From the NCBI RefSeq assembly GCF_024298765.1, contig NZ_CP101210.1: DNA of 64,000 nt. One strand, given 5' to 3'. Source of the DNA: Escherichia coli (GTDB lineage: Bacteria; Pseudomonadota; Gammaproteobacteria; Enterobacterales; Enterobacteriaceae). Positions 12,775-26,112 of the stretch are shown here, one piece after another; within the stretch, counting starts at the first letter, position 1; every line of letters starts with the position of its first letter. The translations under genes were made by a program, and so were the position numbers. The notes beneath the pieces were generated by a model. The model did no database searches, was not told the origin of the DNA, and was given only the letters and a program-made list of their open reading frames with translations.

Positions 12775-15700
12775 ATGAAAAGAATGTTAATCAACGCAAC
12801 TCAGCAGGAAGAGTTGCGCGTTGCCCTTGTAGATGGGCAGCGTCTGTATGACCTGGATATCGAAAGTCCAGGGCACGAGCAGAAAAAGGCAAACATCTAC
12901 AAAGGTAAAATCACCCGCATTGAACCGAGTCTGGAAGCTGCTTTTGTTGATTACGGCGCTGAACGTCACGGTTTCCTCCCACTAAAAGAAATTGCCCGCG
13001 AATATTTCCCTGCTAACTACAGTGCTCATGGTCGTCCCAACATTAAAGATGTGTTGCGTGAAGGTCAGGAAGTCATTGTTCAGATCGATAAAGAAGAGCG
13101 CGGCAACAAAGGCGCGGCATTAACCACCTTTATCAGTCTGGCGGGTAGCTATCTGGTTCTGATGCCGAACAACCCGCGCGCGGGTGGCATTTCTCGTCGT
13201 ATCGAAGGCGACGACCGTACCGAATTAAAAGAAGCACTGGCAAGCCTTGAACTGCCGGAAGGCATGGGGCTTATCGTGCGCACCGCTGGCGTCGGCAAAT
13301 CTGCTGAGGCGCTGCAATGGGATTTAAGCTTCCGTCTGAAACACTGGGAAGCCATCAAAAAAGCCGCTGAAAGCCGCCCGGCTCCGTTCCTGATTCATCA
13401 GGAGAGCAACGTCATCGTTCGCGCATTCCGCGATTACTTACGTCAGGATATCGGCGAAATCCTTATCGATAACCCGAAAGTGCTCGAACTGGCACGCCAG
13501 CATATCGCTGCATTAGGTCGCCCGGATTTCAGCAGCAAAATCAAGCTGTACACCGGCGAGATCCCGCTGTTCAGCCACTACCAGATTGAGTCGCAGATTG
13601 AGTCCGCCTTCCAGCGTGAAGTTCGTCTGCCATCCGGTGGTTCCATTGTTATCGACAGCACCGAAGCGTTAACCGCCATCGACATCAACTCCGCACGCGC
13701 GACCCGCGGCGGCGATATCGAAGAAACCGCGTTTAACACCAACCTCGAAGCTGCCGATGAGATTGCTCGTCAGCTGCGCCTGCGTGACCTCGGCGGCCTG
13801 ATTGTTATCGACTTCATCGACATGACGCCAGTACGCCACCAGCGTGCGGTAGAAAACCGTCTGCGTGAAGCGGTGCGTCAGGACCGGGCGCGTATTCAAA
13901 TCAGCCATATTTCTCGCTTTGGCCTGCTGGAAATGTCCCGTCAGCGTCTGAGCCCATCACTGGGTGAATCCAGCCATCACGTCTGCCCGCGCTGCTCCGG
14001 TACCGGTACCGTGCGTGACAACGAATCGTTGTCGCTCTCTATTCTGCGTCTGATCGAAGAAGAAGCGCTGAAAGAGAACACTCAGGAAGTTCACGCCATT
14101 GTTCCTGTGCCAATCGCGTCTTACCTGCTGAATGAAAAACGTTCTGCAGTGAATGCGATTGAAACTCGTCAGGACGGCGTGCGCTGTGTGATTGTGCCAA
14201 ACGATCAGATGGAAACCCCGCACTACCATGTGCTGCGCGTGCGTAAAGGGGAAGAAACTCCAACCTTAAGCTACATGCTGCCGAAGCTGCATGAAGAAGC
14301 GATGGCGCTGCCGTCTGAAGAAGAGTTCGCTGAACGTAAGCGTCCTGAACAACCTGCGCTGGCAACCTTTGCCATGCCGGATGTGCCGCCAGCTCCAACC
14401 CCAGCTGAACCTGCCGCGCCTGTTGTAGCCCCAGCACCTAAAGCTGCAACGGCAACACCAGCATCTCCTGCACAACCAGGGTTGTTGAGCCGCTTCTTCG
14501 GCGCACTGAAAGCGCTGTTCAGCGGTGGTGAAGAAACCAAACCGGCCGAGCAACCAGCACCGAAAGCAGAAGCGAAACCGGAACGTCAACAGGATCGTCG
14601 CAAGCCTCGTCAGAACAACCGCCGTGACCGTAATGAGCGCCGCGACACCCGTAGTGAACGTACTGAAGGCAACGATAATCGCGAAGAAAACCGTCGTAAT
14701 CGTCGCCAGGCACAGCAGCAGACTGCCGAGACGCGTGAGAGCCGTCAGCAGGCTGAGGTAACGGAAAAAGCACGTACCACCGACGAGCAGCAAGCGCCGC
14801 GTCGTGAACGTAGCCGCCGCCGTAACGATGATAAACGTCAGGCGCAACAAGAAGCGAAGGCGCTGAATGTTGAAGAGCAATCTGTTCAGGAAACCGAACA
14901 GGAGGAACGTGTACGTCCGGTTCAGCCGCGTCGTAAACAGCGTCAGCTCAATCAGAAAGTGCGTTACGAGCAAAGCGTAGCCGAAGAAGCGGTAGTCGCA
15001 CCGGTGGTTGAAGAAACTGTCGCTGCCGAACCAATTGTTCAGGAAGCGCCAGCTCCACGCACAGAACTGGTGAAAGTCCCGCTGCCAGTCGTAGCGCAAA
15101 CTGCACCAGAACAGCAAGAAGAGAACAATGCTGATAACCGTGACAACGGTGGCATGCCGCGTCGTTCTCGCCGCTCGCCTCGTCACCTGCGCGTGAGTGG
15201 TCAGCGTCGTCGTCGCTATCGTGACGAGCGTTATCCAACCCAATCGCCAATGCCGTTGACCGTAGCGTGCGCGTCTCCGGAACTGGCCTCTGGCAAAGTC
15301 TGGATCCGCTATCCAATTGTACGTCCGCAAGATGTACAGGTCGAAGAGCAGCGCGAACAGGAAGAAGTACAAGTGCAGCCGATGGTGACTGAGGTCCCTG
15401 TCGCCGCCGCTGTCGAACCGGTTGTTAGCGCGCCAGTTGTTGAAGAAGTGGCTGAAGTTGTAGAAGCCCCCGTTCAGGTTGCCGAACCGCAACCGGAAGT
15501 GGCTGAAACGACGCATCCTGAAGTAATTGCCGCCGCGGTAACTGAACAGCCGCAGGTGATTACCGAGTCTGATGTTGCCGTAGCCCAGGAAGTTGCAGAA
15601 CACGCAGAACCGGTGGTTGAACCGCAGGAAGAGACGGCTGATATTGAAGAAGTTGCCGAAACTGCTGAGGTTGTGGTTGCTGAACCTGAAGTTGTTGCTC

Positions 15701-15960
15701 AACCTGCCGCGCCAGTCGTCGCTGAAGTCGCAGCAGAAGTTGAAACGGTAGCCGCGGTTGAACCAGAGATCACCGTTGAGCATAACCACGCTACCGCGCC
15801 AATGACGCGCGCTCCGGCACCGGAATATGTTCCGGAGGCACCGCGTCACAGTGACTGGCAGCGCCCTACTTTTGCCTTCGAAGGCAAAGGTGCCGCAGGT
15901 GGTCATACGGCAACGCATCATGCCTCTGCCGCTCCTGCGCGTCCGCAACCTGTTGAGTAA
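12775..15960 (+). CDS. rne: ribonuclease E
   Basis: 1061 aa; N-terminal S1/catalytic domain, then Arg-rich and acidic low-complexity C-terminal scaffold. Confidence 0.97.
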   Translation: MKRMLINATQQEELRVALVDGQRLYDLDIESPGHEQKKANIYKGKITRIEPSLEAAFVDYGAERHGFLPLKEIAREYFPANYSAHGRPNIKDVLREGQEVIVQIDKEERGNKGAALTTFISLAGSYLVLMPNNPRAGGISRRIEGDDRTELKEALASLELPEGMGLIVRTAGVGKSAEALQWDLSFRLKHWEAIKKAAESRPAPFLIHQESNVIVRAFRDYLRQDIGEILIDNPKVLELARQHIAALGRPDFSSKIKLYTGEIPLFSHYQIESQIESAFQREVRLPSGGSIVIDSTEALTAIDINSARATRGGDIEETAFNTNLEAADEIARQLRLRDLGGLIVIDFIDMTPVRHQRAVENRLREAVRQDRARIQISHISRFGLLEMSRQRLSPSLGESSHHVCPRCSGTGTVRDNESLSLSILRLIEEEALKENTQEVHAIVPVPIASYLLNEKRSAVNAIETRQDGVRCVIVPNDQMETPHYHVLRVRKGEETPTLSYMLPKLHEEAMALPSEEEFAERKRPEQPALATFAMPDVPPAPTPAEPAAPVVAPAPKAATATPASPAQPGLLSRFFGALKALFSGGEETKPAEQPAPKAEAKPERQQDRRKPRQNNRRDRNERRDTRSERTEGNDNREENRRNRRQAQQQTAETRESRQQAEVTEKARTTDEQQAPRRERSRRRNDDKRQAQQEAKALNVEEQSVQETEQEERVRPVQPRRKQRQLNQKVRYEQSVAEEAVVAPVVEETVAAEPIVQEAPAPRTELVKVPLPVVAQTAPEQQEENNADNRDNGGMPRRSRRSPRHLRVSGQRRRRYRDERYPTQSPMPLTVACASPELASGKVWIRYPIVRPQDVQVEEQREQEEVQVQPMVTEVPVAAAVEPVVSAPVVEEVAEVVEAPVQVAEPQPEVAETTHPEVIAAAVTEQPQVITESDVAVAQEVAEHAEPVVEPQEETADIEEVAETAEVVVAEPEVVAQPAAPVVAEVAAEVETVAAVEPEITVEHNHATAPMTRAPAPEYVPEAPRHSDWQRPTFAFEGKGAAGGHTATHHASAAPARPQPVE

Positions 15961-15980
15961 TAATTAGCTCAAGTAATCAA

Positions 15981-16006
15981 GCCCTGGTAACTGCCAGGGC
16001 TTTTTT
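15981..16006 (+). terminator. rne Rho-independent terminator
   Basis: GCCCTGG-taactg-CCAGGGC followed by TTTTTT. Confidence 0.75.
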
Positions 16007-16033
16007 ATTTCAGGGGTAGCATCTTTGCTGTAA

Positions 16034-16062
16034 TGACATTAGCGTTACATGTACTGTATAAT
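16034..16062 (+). promoter_or_regulatory. putative sigma70 promoter with operator palindromes for the toxin-antitoxin operon
   Basis: TGACAT-17 bp-TATAAT; palindromes TAATGaCATTA and TACATGTA overlap it. Confidence 0.5.
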
Positions 16063-16093
16063 TATCATCCACGCAAAGCCGAAGGATATATTT

Positions 16094-16878
<785 letters not shown>

Positions 16879-16972
16879 TTCGTTATGTCTCATGCAAAAA
16901 AATGCCCGCCCCGGCGATCCCAGAGCAGGCAGACAAAACATACCCAGTTTCATGATATGTTTTAAAGCGAAA

Positions 16973-17926
16973 TTATTTGTTGAGCTGGAAGAGCGACAAT
17001 CCCTGCATATCGGTAAATGCTTTATACGACGCCTGCAATGCCGTTTGCTGCATGATGTAAGATGAAATAGTTGCATTCCAGTCCACATCAACCAGATCGC
17101 TCATCTGCTGCGTTTGCCCTAAAGCGCGATCGCTACCTAATGAATCCAGCGACTCCAGTTCGTTCAGCTGCGTGCCTAATTCCGCGCGAACAGTCAGCAC
17201 ATTGTTCAGCGAGTTTTTCAGTCCGCGGTTGGTTTTATCCAGTGCCGCAGCGGCGGTTTCTTTATCCGCTTCGCTATCCGCGACCGGCGTTTTCAGGGCT
17301 GCGATGGCGCTATCCAGCATGGCAAAAAGATTGGTTTCAGAAGCGCTACCGTCTGGTTCCGCTACCGCGTTGCTGGTAATACTGTCGAAAATTTTGTCAC
17401 CCGTGTGCCCTATCACCATCGAACGCGAAGCATCGACCTGTTGTTTAATACTTTCTGCTCCGCCTTCGTATTTTCCATCCGCCTCGCTAAACGGTGCGGA
17501 TTCTGTTTTATAACCGGCAAAAATGTAGCGCCCGTTACCGTCAGTGGTGTTCGCCAGATTCAGCAACTGGTCACGAAGCCCCTGAATATCCGTAGCCAGC
17601 GAGGCCCGGTCATCGTCACTCAAGGTGCCATTGCTGGCGTAGACAATTTTTTCCTGAGCATTCTGGATAGCGGTGGTGACCTGGCTAAGTACACTCTCTT
17701 CCAGTGACACTTTTTGAGTGGCGAAAGTACGCGCCAGCGTGTACTGGCTGTTTTGCGCCTGTGCCTGGGAGAGAACAACAGCTTGTGATGCAGCAATGGG
17801 ATCATCTGAAGGGTTAACGACTCGCTTACCCGTCGACATCTGTTCGCCGTACTTCATCCATTCTGCCTGAGAATTGGTGATACCACGCATGTTTTGCTGG
17901 TACATCATCTGGGTACTGAAACGCAT
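16973..17926 (-). CDS. flgL: flagellar hook-associated protein 3
   Basis: 317 aa, flagellin-like N and C termini. Confidence 0.93.
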   Translation of the reverse strand: MRFSTQMMYQQNMRGITNSQAEWMKYGEQMSTGKRVVNPSDDPIAASQAVVLSQAQAQNSQYTLARTFATQKVSLEESVLSQVTTAIQNAQEKIVYASNGTLSDDDRASLATDIQGLRDQLLNLANTTDGNGRYIFAGYKTESAPFSEADGKYEGGAESIKQQVDASRSMVIGHTGDKIFDSITSNAVAEPDGSASETNLFAMLDSAIAALKTPVADSEADKETAAAALDKTNRGLKNSLNNVLTVRAELGTQLNELESLDSLGSDRALGQTQQMSDLVDVDWNATISSYIMQQTALQASYKAFTDMQGLSLFQLNK

Positions 17927-17937
17927 CTTATCTCCCC

Positions 17938-19581
17938 TTAGCGAATGTTAATCAGCGCATCAAAAATCGCGTTTGCCGTCTGCAGAACCTGCGCATTCGC
18001 CAGGTAATACTGCTGAAAACGTTGCAGATTTCCGTACTCCTCATCGAGATTGACACCGGAAATCGACTGCTGCTGATTGGAAAGCTGCGTCACCACATTA
18101 CCTTGCGTGGTGCTACTGGTTTTCAACGTCGCGGTTTTATTACCGATATCACTCACTAACGAGGCATAAGCGTCGTTAAAGGATTTCGCACCGCCCACCG
18201 TTTTACTGTTGCTTTGCAGATCGAGCAGGGCCTGACCGTTGCGGTTGTCGCTATCACCTGTATCTTCTGCGCTCGCCATGGCGATTTTCGCTTCGTCGGT
18301 GATTAATACATCCATGTTGACGATGGCGTCACTTACCGGTTTCAGCGTGAAGCTGTCGTTAACGGCAGGCGTTCCTGTAAACGTCAACTCCAGATCATCA
18401 AATGCCACTTTACCGCTGGCATCCGGCGTCACCGTAAAAGTGGTATTACTGGCAAGGCGGGTGACCTGCCACTGATTATTATCGAACGAGATTTTGTAAT
18501 CTGTCGCCAGTACCGCGGAGGCATCAGTTACCGTTGCACCGATCGCAACGTCACCTTTGTTTTTCGTGTTTTGCAGAACCGCGGGCTTACCGATAGCAAA
18601 GAAATCTTCACCGGCATCGCCGTTAGCATCAAATCCGGCTTTGTGTTGGGTGTTGAAAGCCTCGGCAAATGCCAGCGCCAGTTGTCCAAGCGTATTACGC
18701 GTCTGGTCCAGATCCTGAGAACGGAATGTCAGAATGCCGCCCAGCGACCCGGTATTCAGTAATTTCTCCGGGATCTCAATATTGCCTGCCGTCCCATCAA
18801 CATAAGCGACAGTCGTACGAGAAGGGTCAGCGCTGGAAGGAACTGCCGCCAGTTGCCGAGCCGTACTTCCCTGAACCAGTGAGTAACCATTGGCCATCGT
18901 GATGTTATAAGTGCCACCATCCTGAACGCTGACTTCTACACCAACAATCTGGTTTAATTCGCTCACCAGTTGATCGCGTTGATCCAGCAGATTGTTAGGT
19001 GACGCCCCTGCCCCCACGCCTGTCAGGCGGGAGATTTGATCGTTCAGGCTGGCGATTTGTTTAGCGTAATTGTTGATCTGATCAACGCTGGCACCTATCG
19101 CGATATTGACCTGTTTGTCCTGGTCGCGCAGATATTGATCGGTGGTTTTAAACTGATTCACCAACCCTTCTGATTTCCCAATCAGCGCCTGGCGCGCTGC
19201 CGGATCTTCCGCGTTACTCACCAGCGTTTGCAGGCTGGTGAAGAAATCCTGCATCTGTGTTGCCAGCGAAGAGGTACTGGTGGAGAGCATATTGTCGATT
19301 TTCGACATCTGCTCATAGCGGGCGGTCAGGCCGCTACTTTGCGTCTGCGCAGCACGTAACTGGTTGGTAATAAACGCATCATACTCACGCTGCACACCAG
19401 AAACGTAGACGCCATTGCCAACCCAGCCGCCAGCGCCCAACGTGCTATTGGCCTGCGCCATAATAGTGGTTTGGCGGGTATATCCGGCAACGTTATAGCT
19501 GGAGATATTATTACTTGCCGTATTTAACGCCGCCTGGGCCGCGTTCAGTCCGCTCATGGCGTTATTGATCAAGCTGGACAT
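17938..19581 (-). CDS. flgK: flagellar hook-associated protein 1
   Basis: 547 aa MSSLINNAMSGLNAAQAALNTASNNISSYNVAGYTRQ. Confidence 0.95.
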   Translation of the reverse strand: MSSLINNAMSGLNAAQAALNTASNNISSYNVAGYTRQTTIMAQANSTLGAGGWVGNGVYVSGVQREYDAFITNQLRAAQTQSSGLTARYEQMSKIDNMLSTSTSSLATQMQDFFTSLQTLVSNAEDPAARQALIGKSEGLVNQFKTTDQYLRDQDKQVNIAIGASVDQINNYAKQIASLNDQISRLTGVGAGASPNNLLDQRDQLVSELNQIVGVEVSVQDGGTYNITMANGYSLVQGSTARQLAAVPSSADPSRTTVAYVDGTAGNIEIPEKLLNTGSLGGILTFRSQDLDQTRNTLGQLALAFAEAFNTQHKAGFDANGDAGEDFFAIGKPAVLQNTKNKGDVAIGATVTDASAVLATDYKISFDNNQWQVTRLASNTTFTVTPDASGKVAFDDLELTFTGTPAVNDSFTLKPVSDAIVNMDVLITDEAKIAMASAEDTGDSDNRNGQALLDLQSNSKTVGGAKSFNDAYASLVSDIGNKTATLKTSSTTQGNVVTQLSNQQQSISGVNLDEEYGNLQRFQQYYLANAQVLQTANAIFDALINIR

Positions 19582-19646
19582 GGAGGTTCCTTATAAGCCT
19601 TCAATTACAGAGTATTATCGGCAGCGCCCCGCCGGACTTGAGTTAT

Positions 19647-20588
19647 TCAGAACAGATTATCAATGTTCATGCTGTAGGTTTTGCTCACCTTGTCGCTTAT
19701 CGATTTCATCTGCTGAATCATGCTGGTGAGTTTGCGGGCATAGTGAGGATCGGTGGCATAGCCCGCGTCCTGTAGGGCCTGCGCCCCCTGCTCCGCACTC
19801 GCGGCGGTCGTCACGGCGGCGTAGCGCGGGTTACGCGTTAACAGCCCAACGTAATCCGACAATGCTTCCAGATACGAGCTGTAGACCCGAAACTTCGCTT
19901 TTACTTTCTTCGCTTCGCCATTTTCATATTCAGTCGTGGTGATTTCAGTGACTGGCCCTTTCCAGTTGCCAGAGGCTTTGACACCAAACAGGTTATAGCT
20001 CGGCTCGCCGTTTTCACGGCGGATTTGCCGTTGTCCCCAGCCAGATTCCAGCGCCGCCTGAGCGAGGATCAAATGATGTGGCACACCACTTTGCTGGCTT
20101 GCCAGTTGGGCTGGCAGCGAGAGTTGCGCGAGGAATGCTTTACTGTCACCCGGCAGCGAATCATCGTAGTTACGTGGTACGGCCTTTTGCACCAGCTGCG
20201 AAAGCGTCTGATTTTGATAACGCACCACGGTTTCGAGCGGGAATTTCATCGGTGCTGCTGGCGTGGACTCCTCTGGCAATGGTTGTTCTGGCGTCATCTG
20301 TTTAACCATCATCTCTGCCAGCCCCAGACCTTTGCCCGCCGTCATCTGTTGGGCAATCTGCTGGTCATACATACTGGTATACAGGCGAGTGTGCTCGCTG
20401 CTGAACAGGCCATCTTTTGGTAAAGCGTCGCGCATGCTTTTCAACATCATCTGCACGAACATCCCTTCCACCTGGCGGGCCACCGGACGGATATTTGCCG
20501 CCGGATCTTCGCCCGCTTTCGCCTTAAGTTCGTTGAGCGATTGTGCATCCCAGGCCGCACTTGCCAGTAGTTTGCTGTCGCTGATCAT
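19647..20588 (-). CDS. flgJ: flagellar peptidoglycan hydrolase/rod cap FlgJ
   Basis: 313 aa from MISDSKLL; C-terminal glucosaminidase domain; start overlaps the flgI stop by 1 nt. Confidence 0.9.
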   Translation of the reverse strand: MISDSKLLASAAWDAQSLNELKAKAGEDPAANIRPVARQVEGMFVQMMLKSMRDALPKDGLFSSEHTRLYTSMYDQQIAQQMTAGKGLGLAEMMVKQMTPEQPLPEESTPAAPMKFPLETVVRYQNQTLSQLVQKAVPRNYDDSLPGDSKAFLAQLSLPAQLASQQSGVPHHLILAQAALESGWGQRQIRRENGEPSYNLFGVKASGNWKGPVTEITTTEYENGEAKKVKAKFRVYSSYLEALSDYVGLLTRNPRYAAVTTAASAEQGAQALQDAGYATDPHYARKLTSMIQQMKSISDKVSKTYSMNIDNLF

Positions 20589-21685
20589 CAGATGATTTCC
20601 AGTTTTGCCCGTAGACATCCCGCACTTTGCATTGATTGCAGTATGGACATCAGATCCATCGGCGTAGCGCCCAGCGCATTGAGCGCACGCACCACGTTAT
20701 TGAGGCTGGCGCTGGAACGTACGCTTTGCAGCGAACCGCCGCTCTGGCGTAAATCGATCTGCGTTTGTGGAGTAACCACAGTCTGCCCACCACCAAACGG
20801 TGTATCTGGCTGGCTGACATTGGCCTGGCGATTAACTGTTACTGAGAGATTCCCCTGCGCTACCGCGCAGCTGTCGAGGGTCACTTCGCGATTCATCACC
20901 ACCGAACCAGTGCGCGAGTTAATCACTACTTTAGCGTCCTGCGGGGTGACATTAACCTGCATATTCTGGATATCGGCAAGGAAACGGACCTGGGAACTGT
21001 TGCCACTCGGTACGCGCACCTGAATTGTCCGCGCATCTAACGCGGTGGCGCTGCCATATCCACGCACGCGGTTGATGGTGTCAGCGATTTGCTGCGCCAT
21101 ACTGAAATCTTCGTCGTTAAGTTGCAAATTAAGTGTATTCCCGACGCCAAACTGGCTGGGCAATTCACGTTCAATAACCGCACCATTGGTGATCCGTCCA
21201 CCGTTCAGTTGGTTCACCTGAACACTGCTACCGCCAGCGGAGGCCCCTGCGCCGCCAACCAGAATATTGCCCTGCGCCAGCGCATACACCTGACTGTCTA
21301 CGCCCTTAAGCGGTGTCATCAATAACGTACCACCACGCAGACTTTTGGCATTTCCCATGGAAGAAACCACCACGTCAATGGTTTGCCCCTGACGTCCAAA
21401 CGGTGGAAGTGACGCTGTCACCATAACCGCAGCGACGTTTTTTAGCTGCATATTAGTGCCCGTCGGAACGGTAATTCCCAGCTGTGAAAGCATGTTATTA
21501 AGCGTTTGTGTGGTAAACGGCGTCTGAGTTGTCTGGTCACCTGTACCATCAAGCCCCACCACCAGGCCATAGCCAATCAGTGAGTTTTGCCTTACCCCCT
21601 GAACACTGGTGAGATCGCGAATACGCTCAGCCTGAGCCGCCGTGGTAACCAGTAAAAGAATTAATGCAGAGAGAAATTTAATCAC
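20588..21685 (-). CDS. flgI: flagellar P-ring protein
   Basis: 365 aa from a GTG start (M)[18 protein letters not shown], signal peptide; track ORF trimmed. Confidence 0.9.
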
Positions 21686-21696
21686 CACAGCCTCAC

Positions 21697-22395
21697 TTAC
21701 ATTGGCGACAGGTTGAGGAAGAAACGCTGCAACCAACCCATATTTTGCGCTTCGTTAATGTAGCCATTGCCTACGTATTCAATACGCGCATCCGCCACCT
21801 GAGTAGACGGTACGGTATTGCTGCCGCTGATAGTGCGTGGATTAACCACGCCAGAGAAGCGAATAAATTCGGTACCCTGATTAATGGCGATCTGTTTTTC
21901 ACCCACCACATGCAGATTGCCGTTGACCAGTACCTGGTCAACCGTCACCGTCAACGTGCCGCTAAAGGTATTACTGGCATTGGCCCCGCCTTTTCCGTTG
22001 AACGTGTTACCACCGGAGGCTTCGACATCGGCACGAGCGTTACCAAACAGCCCCTGCAAATAGCGCGGCACAGTATCAAAGCCAAAATTAGTTTTACCGT
22101 CACGGCTGGCATTCGCAGAGGAGCTTTTGCTGGCGCTGACGTTCTCCTGCAACACGATGGTCAGCGTATCGCCAATATTGCGTGGTCGACGATCTTCAAA
22201 CAGCGGTTGATAGCCATAGTTAATCGGCTGAGCAGACTGGAAAATAGAACCGTTGGCGACGGGCGTCGGACCGGGAACCGGTTGTGCACTGGTCGCCCCC
22301 TGTACCAGCGGCGTGGAGGGTATCCAGGCGCAGCCGGTTAGTGAAAGCACCAACAAGCTGGAAATGGCATAAGTATGCGCAGCGTTTTTTTGCAT
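21697..22395 (-). CDS. flgH: flagellar L-ring lipoprotein
   Basis: 232 aa [22 protein letters not shown] lipobox. Confidence 0.92.
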
Positions 22396-22447
22396 GGCTA
22401 TCATCTTCAAAAATCAGTAAACCGGTGAATCTGCCACCGGTTATGCC

Positions 22448-23248
<801 letters not shown>

Positions 23249-23274
23249 TTAGTGACAAAGTGCATCTGTCTTCT

Positions 23275-23335
<61 letters not shown>

Positions 23336-23400
23336 GATTGCCCCATAGACCCGATAAACTTGCGCATCGGGCAACTTATACTTGTCATGTATCCTTTCAA

Positions 23401-24156
23401 TTAACTCATCGACAGCAGTTGGTTGGCTCGGCCTGCGTTATCATCGACGCTGCTGATCACCTTCATCTGCATTTCAAAACGCCGCGCGCTGGCAATCATG
23501 TCGCTCATTGCCGCAACGGCATTGACGTTACTGCCTTCCAGAACACCCGACATCACACGCAAGGTTGGATCTGCCTGCAGTACCGGCCCACGCGTGGTCT
23601 GGGTTTCTGCGCTTAAACGAAAAATGCCGTCGTCACCGCGCTGGACTTCGCTGCCCGTGGCTTTCACCAGTTTCAGACGCCCCACTGGCGCAACCGTATT
23701 TGCCGGATCGCCCGGATTCAGCGCCGAGATTGTGCCATCGGCAGCAATAGTGATTTCCGCCCCTTCCGGCACAGCAATTGGCCCAGCCTCGCCTATCACC
23801 GGATGTCCCTGAATTGTCAGTTGCCCGGTGGGATCAACCTGAATGCTGCCATTACGCGTATACCCTTCGCTACCGTCAGCGGTCTGCACGGCCAGCCAGC
23901 CATCCTGCTGCAACGCAACGTCCAGCGGGCGCGAGGTGTAATCCATCTTGCCGGGCGTCATGTCTGCACCCGGCGTTGACGCCGTTACCAGCGTGCGCGT
24001 AGGCAGTGAAAGCCCTTCCACCGGCACTGCGCGCAAGGCGTTTAACTGCGCGCGAAAACCGGGCGTTGAGGCATTGGCCAGATTACTGGCAGTTACCGCC
24101 TGTTGATTCAACGTCTGGCTGGCTGCTCCCATCGCGGTATAAATTGCGTGATCCAT
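23401..24156 (-). CDS. flgF: flagellar proximal rod protein
   Basis: 251 aa. Confidence 0.93.
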   Translation of the reverse strand: MDHAIYTAMGAASQTLNQQAVTASNLANASTPGFRAQLNALRAVPVEGLSLPTRTLVTASTPGADMTPGKMDYTSRPLDVALQQDGWLAVQTADGSEGYTRNGSIQVDPTGQLTIQGHPVIGEAGPIAVPEGAEITIAADGTISALNPGDPANTVAPVGRLKLVKATGSEVQRGDDGIFRLSAETQTTRGPVLQADPTLRVMSGVLEGSNVNAVAAMSDMIASARRFEMQMKVISSVDDNAGRANQLLSMS

Positions 24157-24175
24157 TGAGCTATCCCGTCAGCGA

Positions 24176-25381
24176 TTAGCGTAAGTTAACCAGCGTGTTG
24201 AGGATCTGGTCCTGGGTTTTGATGGTCTGGGCGTTAGACTGATAGTTACGCTGAGCAACGATCATATTGACCAGTTCTTTACTGAGATCGACGTTGGACG
24301 CTTCCAGCGCACCGTTGGTCAGGGTGCCAAAGTTGCCCGTCCCGGCTGTCCCCAACAGCGCCACGCCAGAAGATTGCGTCGCAGACCAGACGTTGTCGCC
24401 TTCGGATGCCAGACCTTCGTTGTTGGCAAAGTTCGCCAGTACAATCTGCCCCAGCAGTTGGGTTTGTTCGTTGGAATAGTTGCCGACAACCGTACCGTCA
24501 TCATTGATTTGATAACTCACCAGATCGCCCGGTTTGTAGCCGTTCTGGGTGGTTGCCACAATGTTGTTAGCGCCGGTATTTTGCTGCATGGAGTTGAGGA
24601 AGCTCAGGCTAAACGTGGCGGGTTCTGCACCGTTAATTGCGCCAGTGGAAATATTCGCTGTTGGATCTGAGGTCAGAACGCCATTGGCATTAAACACCAG
24701 CGTCATTGCAGGCTCAGCTGTACCTGTTGGATCACTGCTATCCTGGGTGTAGACCTGCCAGTTATTATCCCCGGTCTTCACAAAGTAGACGCTCATGTCA
24801 TGAGCATTACCCTGACTATCGAAAACAGTCACCGAACCTTTTTTGTTATAGCTATCCGCATTGCTGGCATCAAATGCGTTAACAGAGGGAAGCGGATCAC
24901 TGGAATTCAGGTTGATCTGCATCGACGCCGTGGTGGTAGTTTTCGCTGCCATCAGGGTATTCGGAATCGAAATATTGGTCGGATTCGCCCCTTGCTGAAT
25001 AGTCGGCGGCGTACCGGTTGCCGGGTAACCCGTCAGCTGTAAACCTTGCATATTCACCAGGTTACGGTTTTCATCCAGCTTAAATTGTCCGTTACGGCTG
25101 TAGAACACCGAACCGTTGCTGTCTACCAGACGGAAAAAACCGTTCTGGCTGATAGCAACGTCCAGACCTCGCCCGGTGTTGGTGGTCGTGCCATCGGTAA
25201 AGTCCTGAGTGATACCAGCAACTTTTACCCCCAGTCCCACTTTCGAACCGGCAAACATATCGGCAAAAGAGGCCGTGCCTGATTTAAAGCCGTAGGTGGC
25301 AGAGTTGGCGATATTGTTGCCAATAACATCGAGGTTGGTGGCGGCAGCGTTTAATCCGCTAACCGCTTGAGAAAAGGCCAT
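24176..25381 (-). CDS. flgE: flagellar hook protein
   Basis: 401 aa MAFSQAVSGLNAAATNLDVIGNNIANSATYGFK. Confidence 0.95.
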   Translation of the reverse strand: MAFSQAVSGLNAAATNLDVIGNNIANSATYGFKSGTASFADMFAGSKVGLGVKVAGITQDFTDGTTTNTGRGLDVAISQNGFFRLVDSNGSVFYSRNGQFKLDENRNLVNMQGLQLTGYPATGTPPTIQQGANPTNISIPNTLMAAKTTTTASMQINLNSSDPLPSVNAFDASNADSYNKKGSVTVFDSQGNAHDMSVYFVKTGDNNWQVYTQDSSDPTGTAEPAMTLVFNANGVLTSDPTANISTGAINGAEPATFSLSFLNSMQQNTGANNIVATTQNGYKPGDLVSYQINDDGTVVGNYSNEQTQLLGQIVLANFANNEGLASEGDNVWSATQSSGVALLGTAGTGNFGTLTNGALEASNVDLSKELVNMIVAQRNYQSNAQTIKTQDQILNTLVNLR

Positions 25382-25405
25382 GACTGACTCCTGAAATGTG
25401 AAGGC

Positions 25406-26101
25406 TTAAATTATCTGCCGTACTTCGTCGAGGGTGGTGGTGCCGTAAGTGCCGAGATCCAGCGTATTACCGTTGTTGCCGCGGATCACACCCTGCACCA
25501 GAGCAAACTGCAGCGGCTGGGCAACCAGTTGTGTACCACCGTTACTGGCGCTAATCGCTACGTTGTAAGAACCGTTCGGCGCAGTGGTGCCGTCAGTCAA
25601 CGTACCGTCCCAGGTGAAACTGTGGACTCCGGCGGTCAGTTCACCAATATCAATGGTACGGACAACCGCACCGTTTTTATCGGTGATGGTGGCCGTCACT
25701 TTGTCTGCCGCCTGTTGCAGCTCAACACCAAACGGCGTGGTCGTGGTCACAGCCCCTTCTTCACTGCCGGTTCCCGCAAGAACAGTGGTGCCGGGGATCA
25801 TCACGCCGTGACCGATCAGGTTACTGGCCTGTAACGACTGGCTGTTATCAATCTGTCCGGAAATAGATCCGAGCGTGGTATTGAGTTTTTCAATCCCGCT
25901 GACCGTGCTGATTTGAGCCAATTGCGACGTCAGCTCGTTGTTTTCCATTGGATTGGTCGGGTCCTGGTTTTTCAGCTGCGCCACCAACAAAGTCAGAAAA
26001 CTGCTTTGTAAATCTGCGGCGTTGCTGCCCGTGAGCGAACTACTGCTGGTGGTGCTGACGCCGGTATTTGTCGGATCGGTGGTGGTTACCGCAATGGACA
26101 T
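25406..26101 (-). CDS. flgD: flagellar hook cap/assembly protein
   Basis: 231 aa. Confidence 0.93.
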   Translation of the reverse strand: MSIAVTTTDPTNTGVSTTSSSSLTGSNAADLQSSFLTLLVAQLKNQDPTNPMENNELTSQLAQISTVSGIEKLNTTLGSISGQIDNSQSLQASNLIGHGVMIPGTTVLAGTGSEEGAVTTTTPFGVELQQAADKVTATITDKNGAVVRTIDIGELTAGVHSFTWDGTLTDGTTAPNGSYNVAISASNGGTQLVAQPLQFALVQGVIRGNNGNTLDLGTYGTTTLDEVRQII

Positions 26102-26112
26102 AGTTTTCTCCT

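Noticed and set aside
14266-15948. 560-aa ORF on the minus strand
   Set aside because: Antisense to the rne C-terminal low-complexity region; an artefact of skewed codon composition, with a repetitive, Arg/Phe/Leu-rich product of no known family
21745-22341. 198-aa ORF on the plus strand
   Set aside because: Antisense to flgH; no independent support
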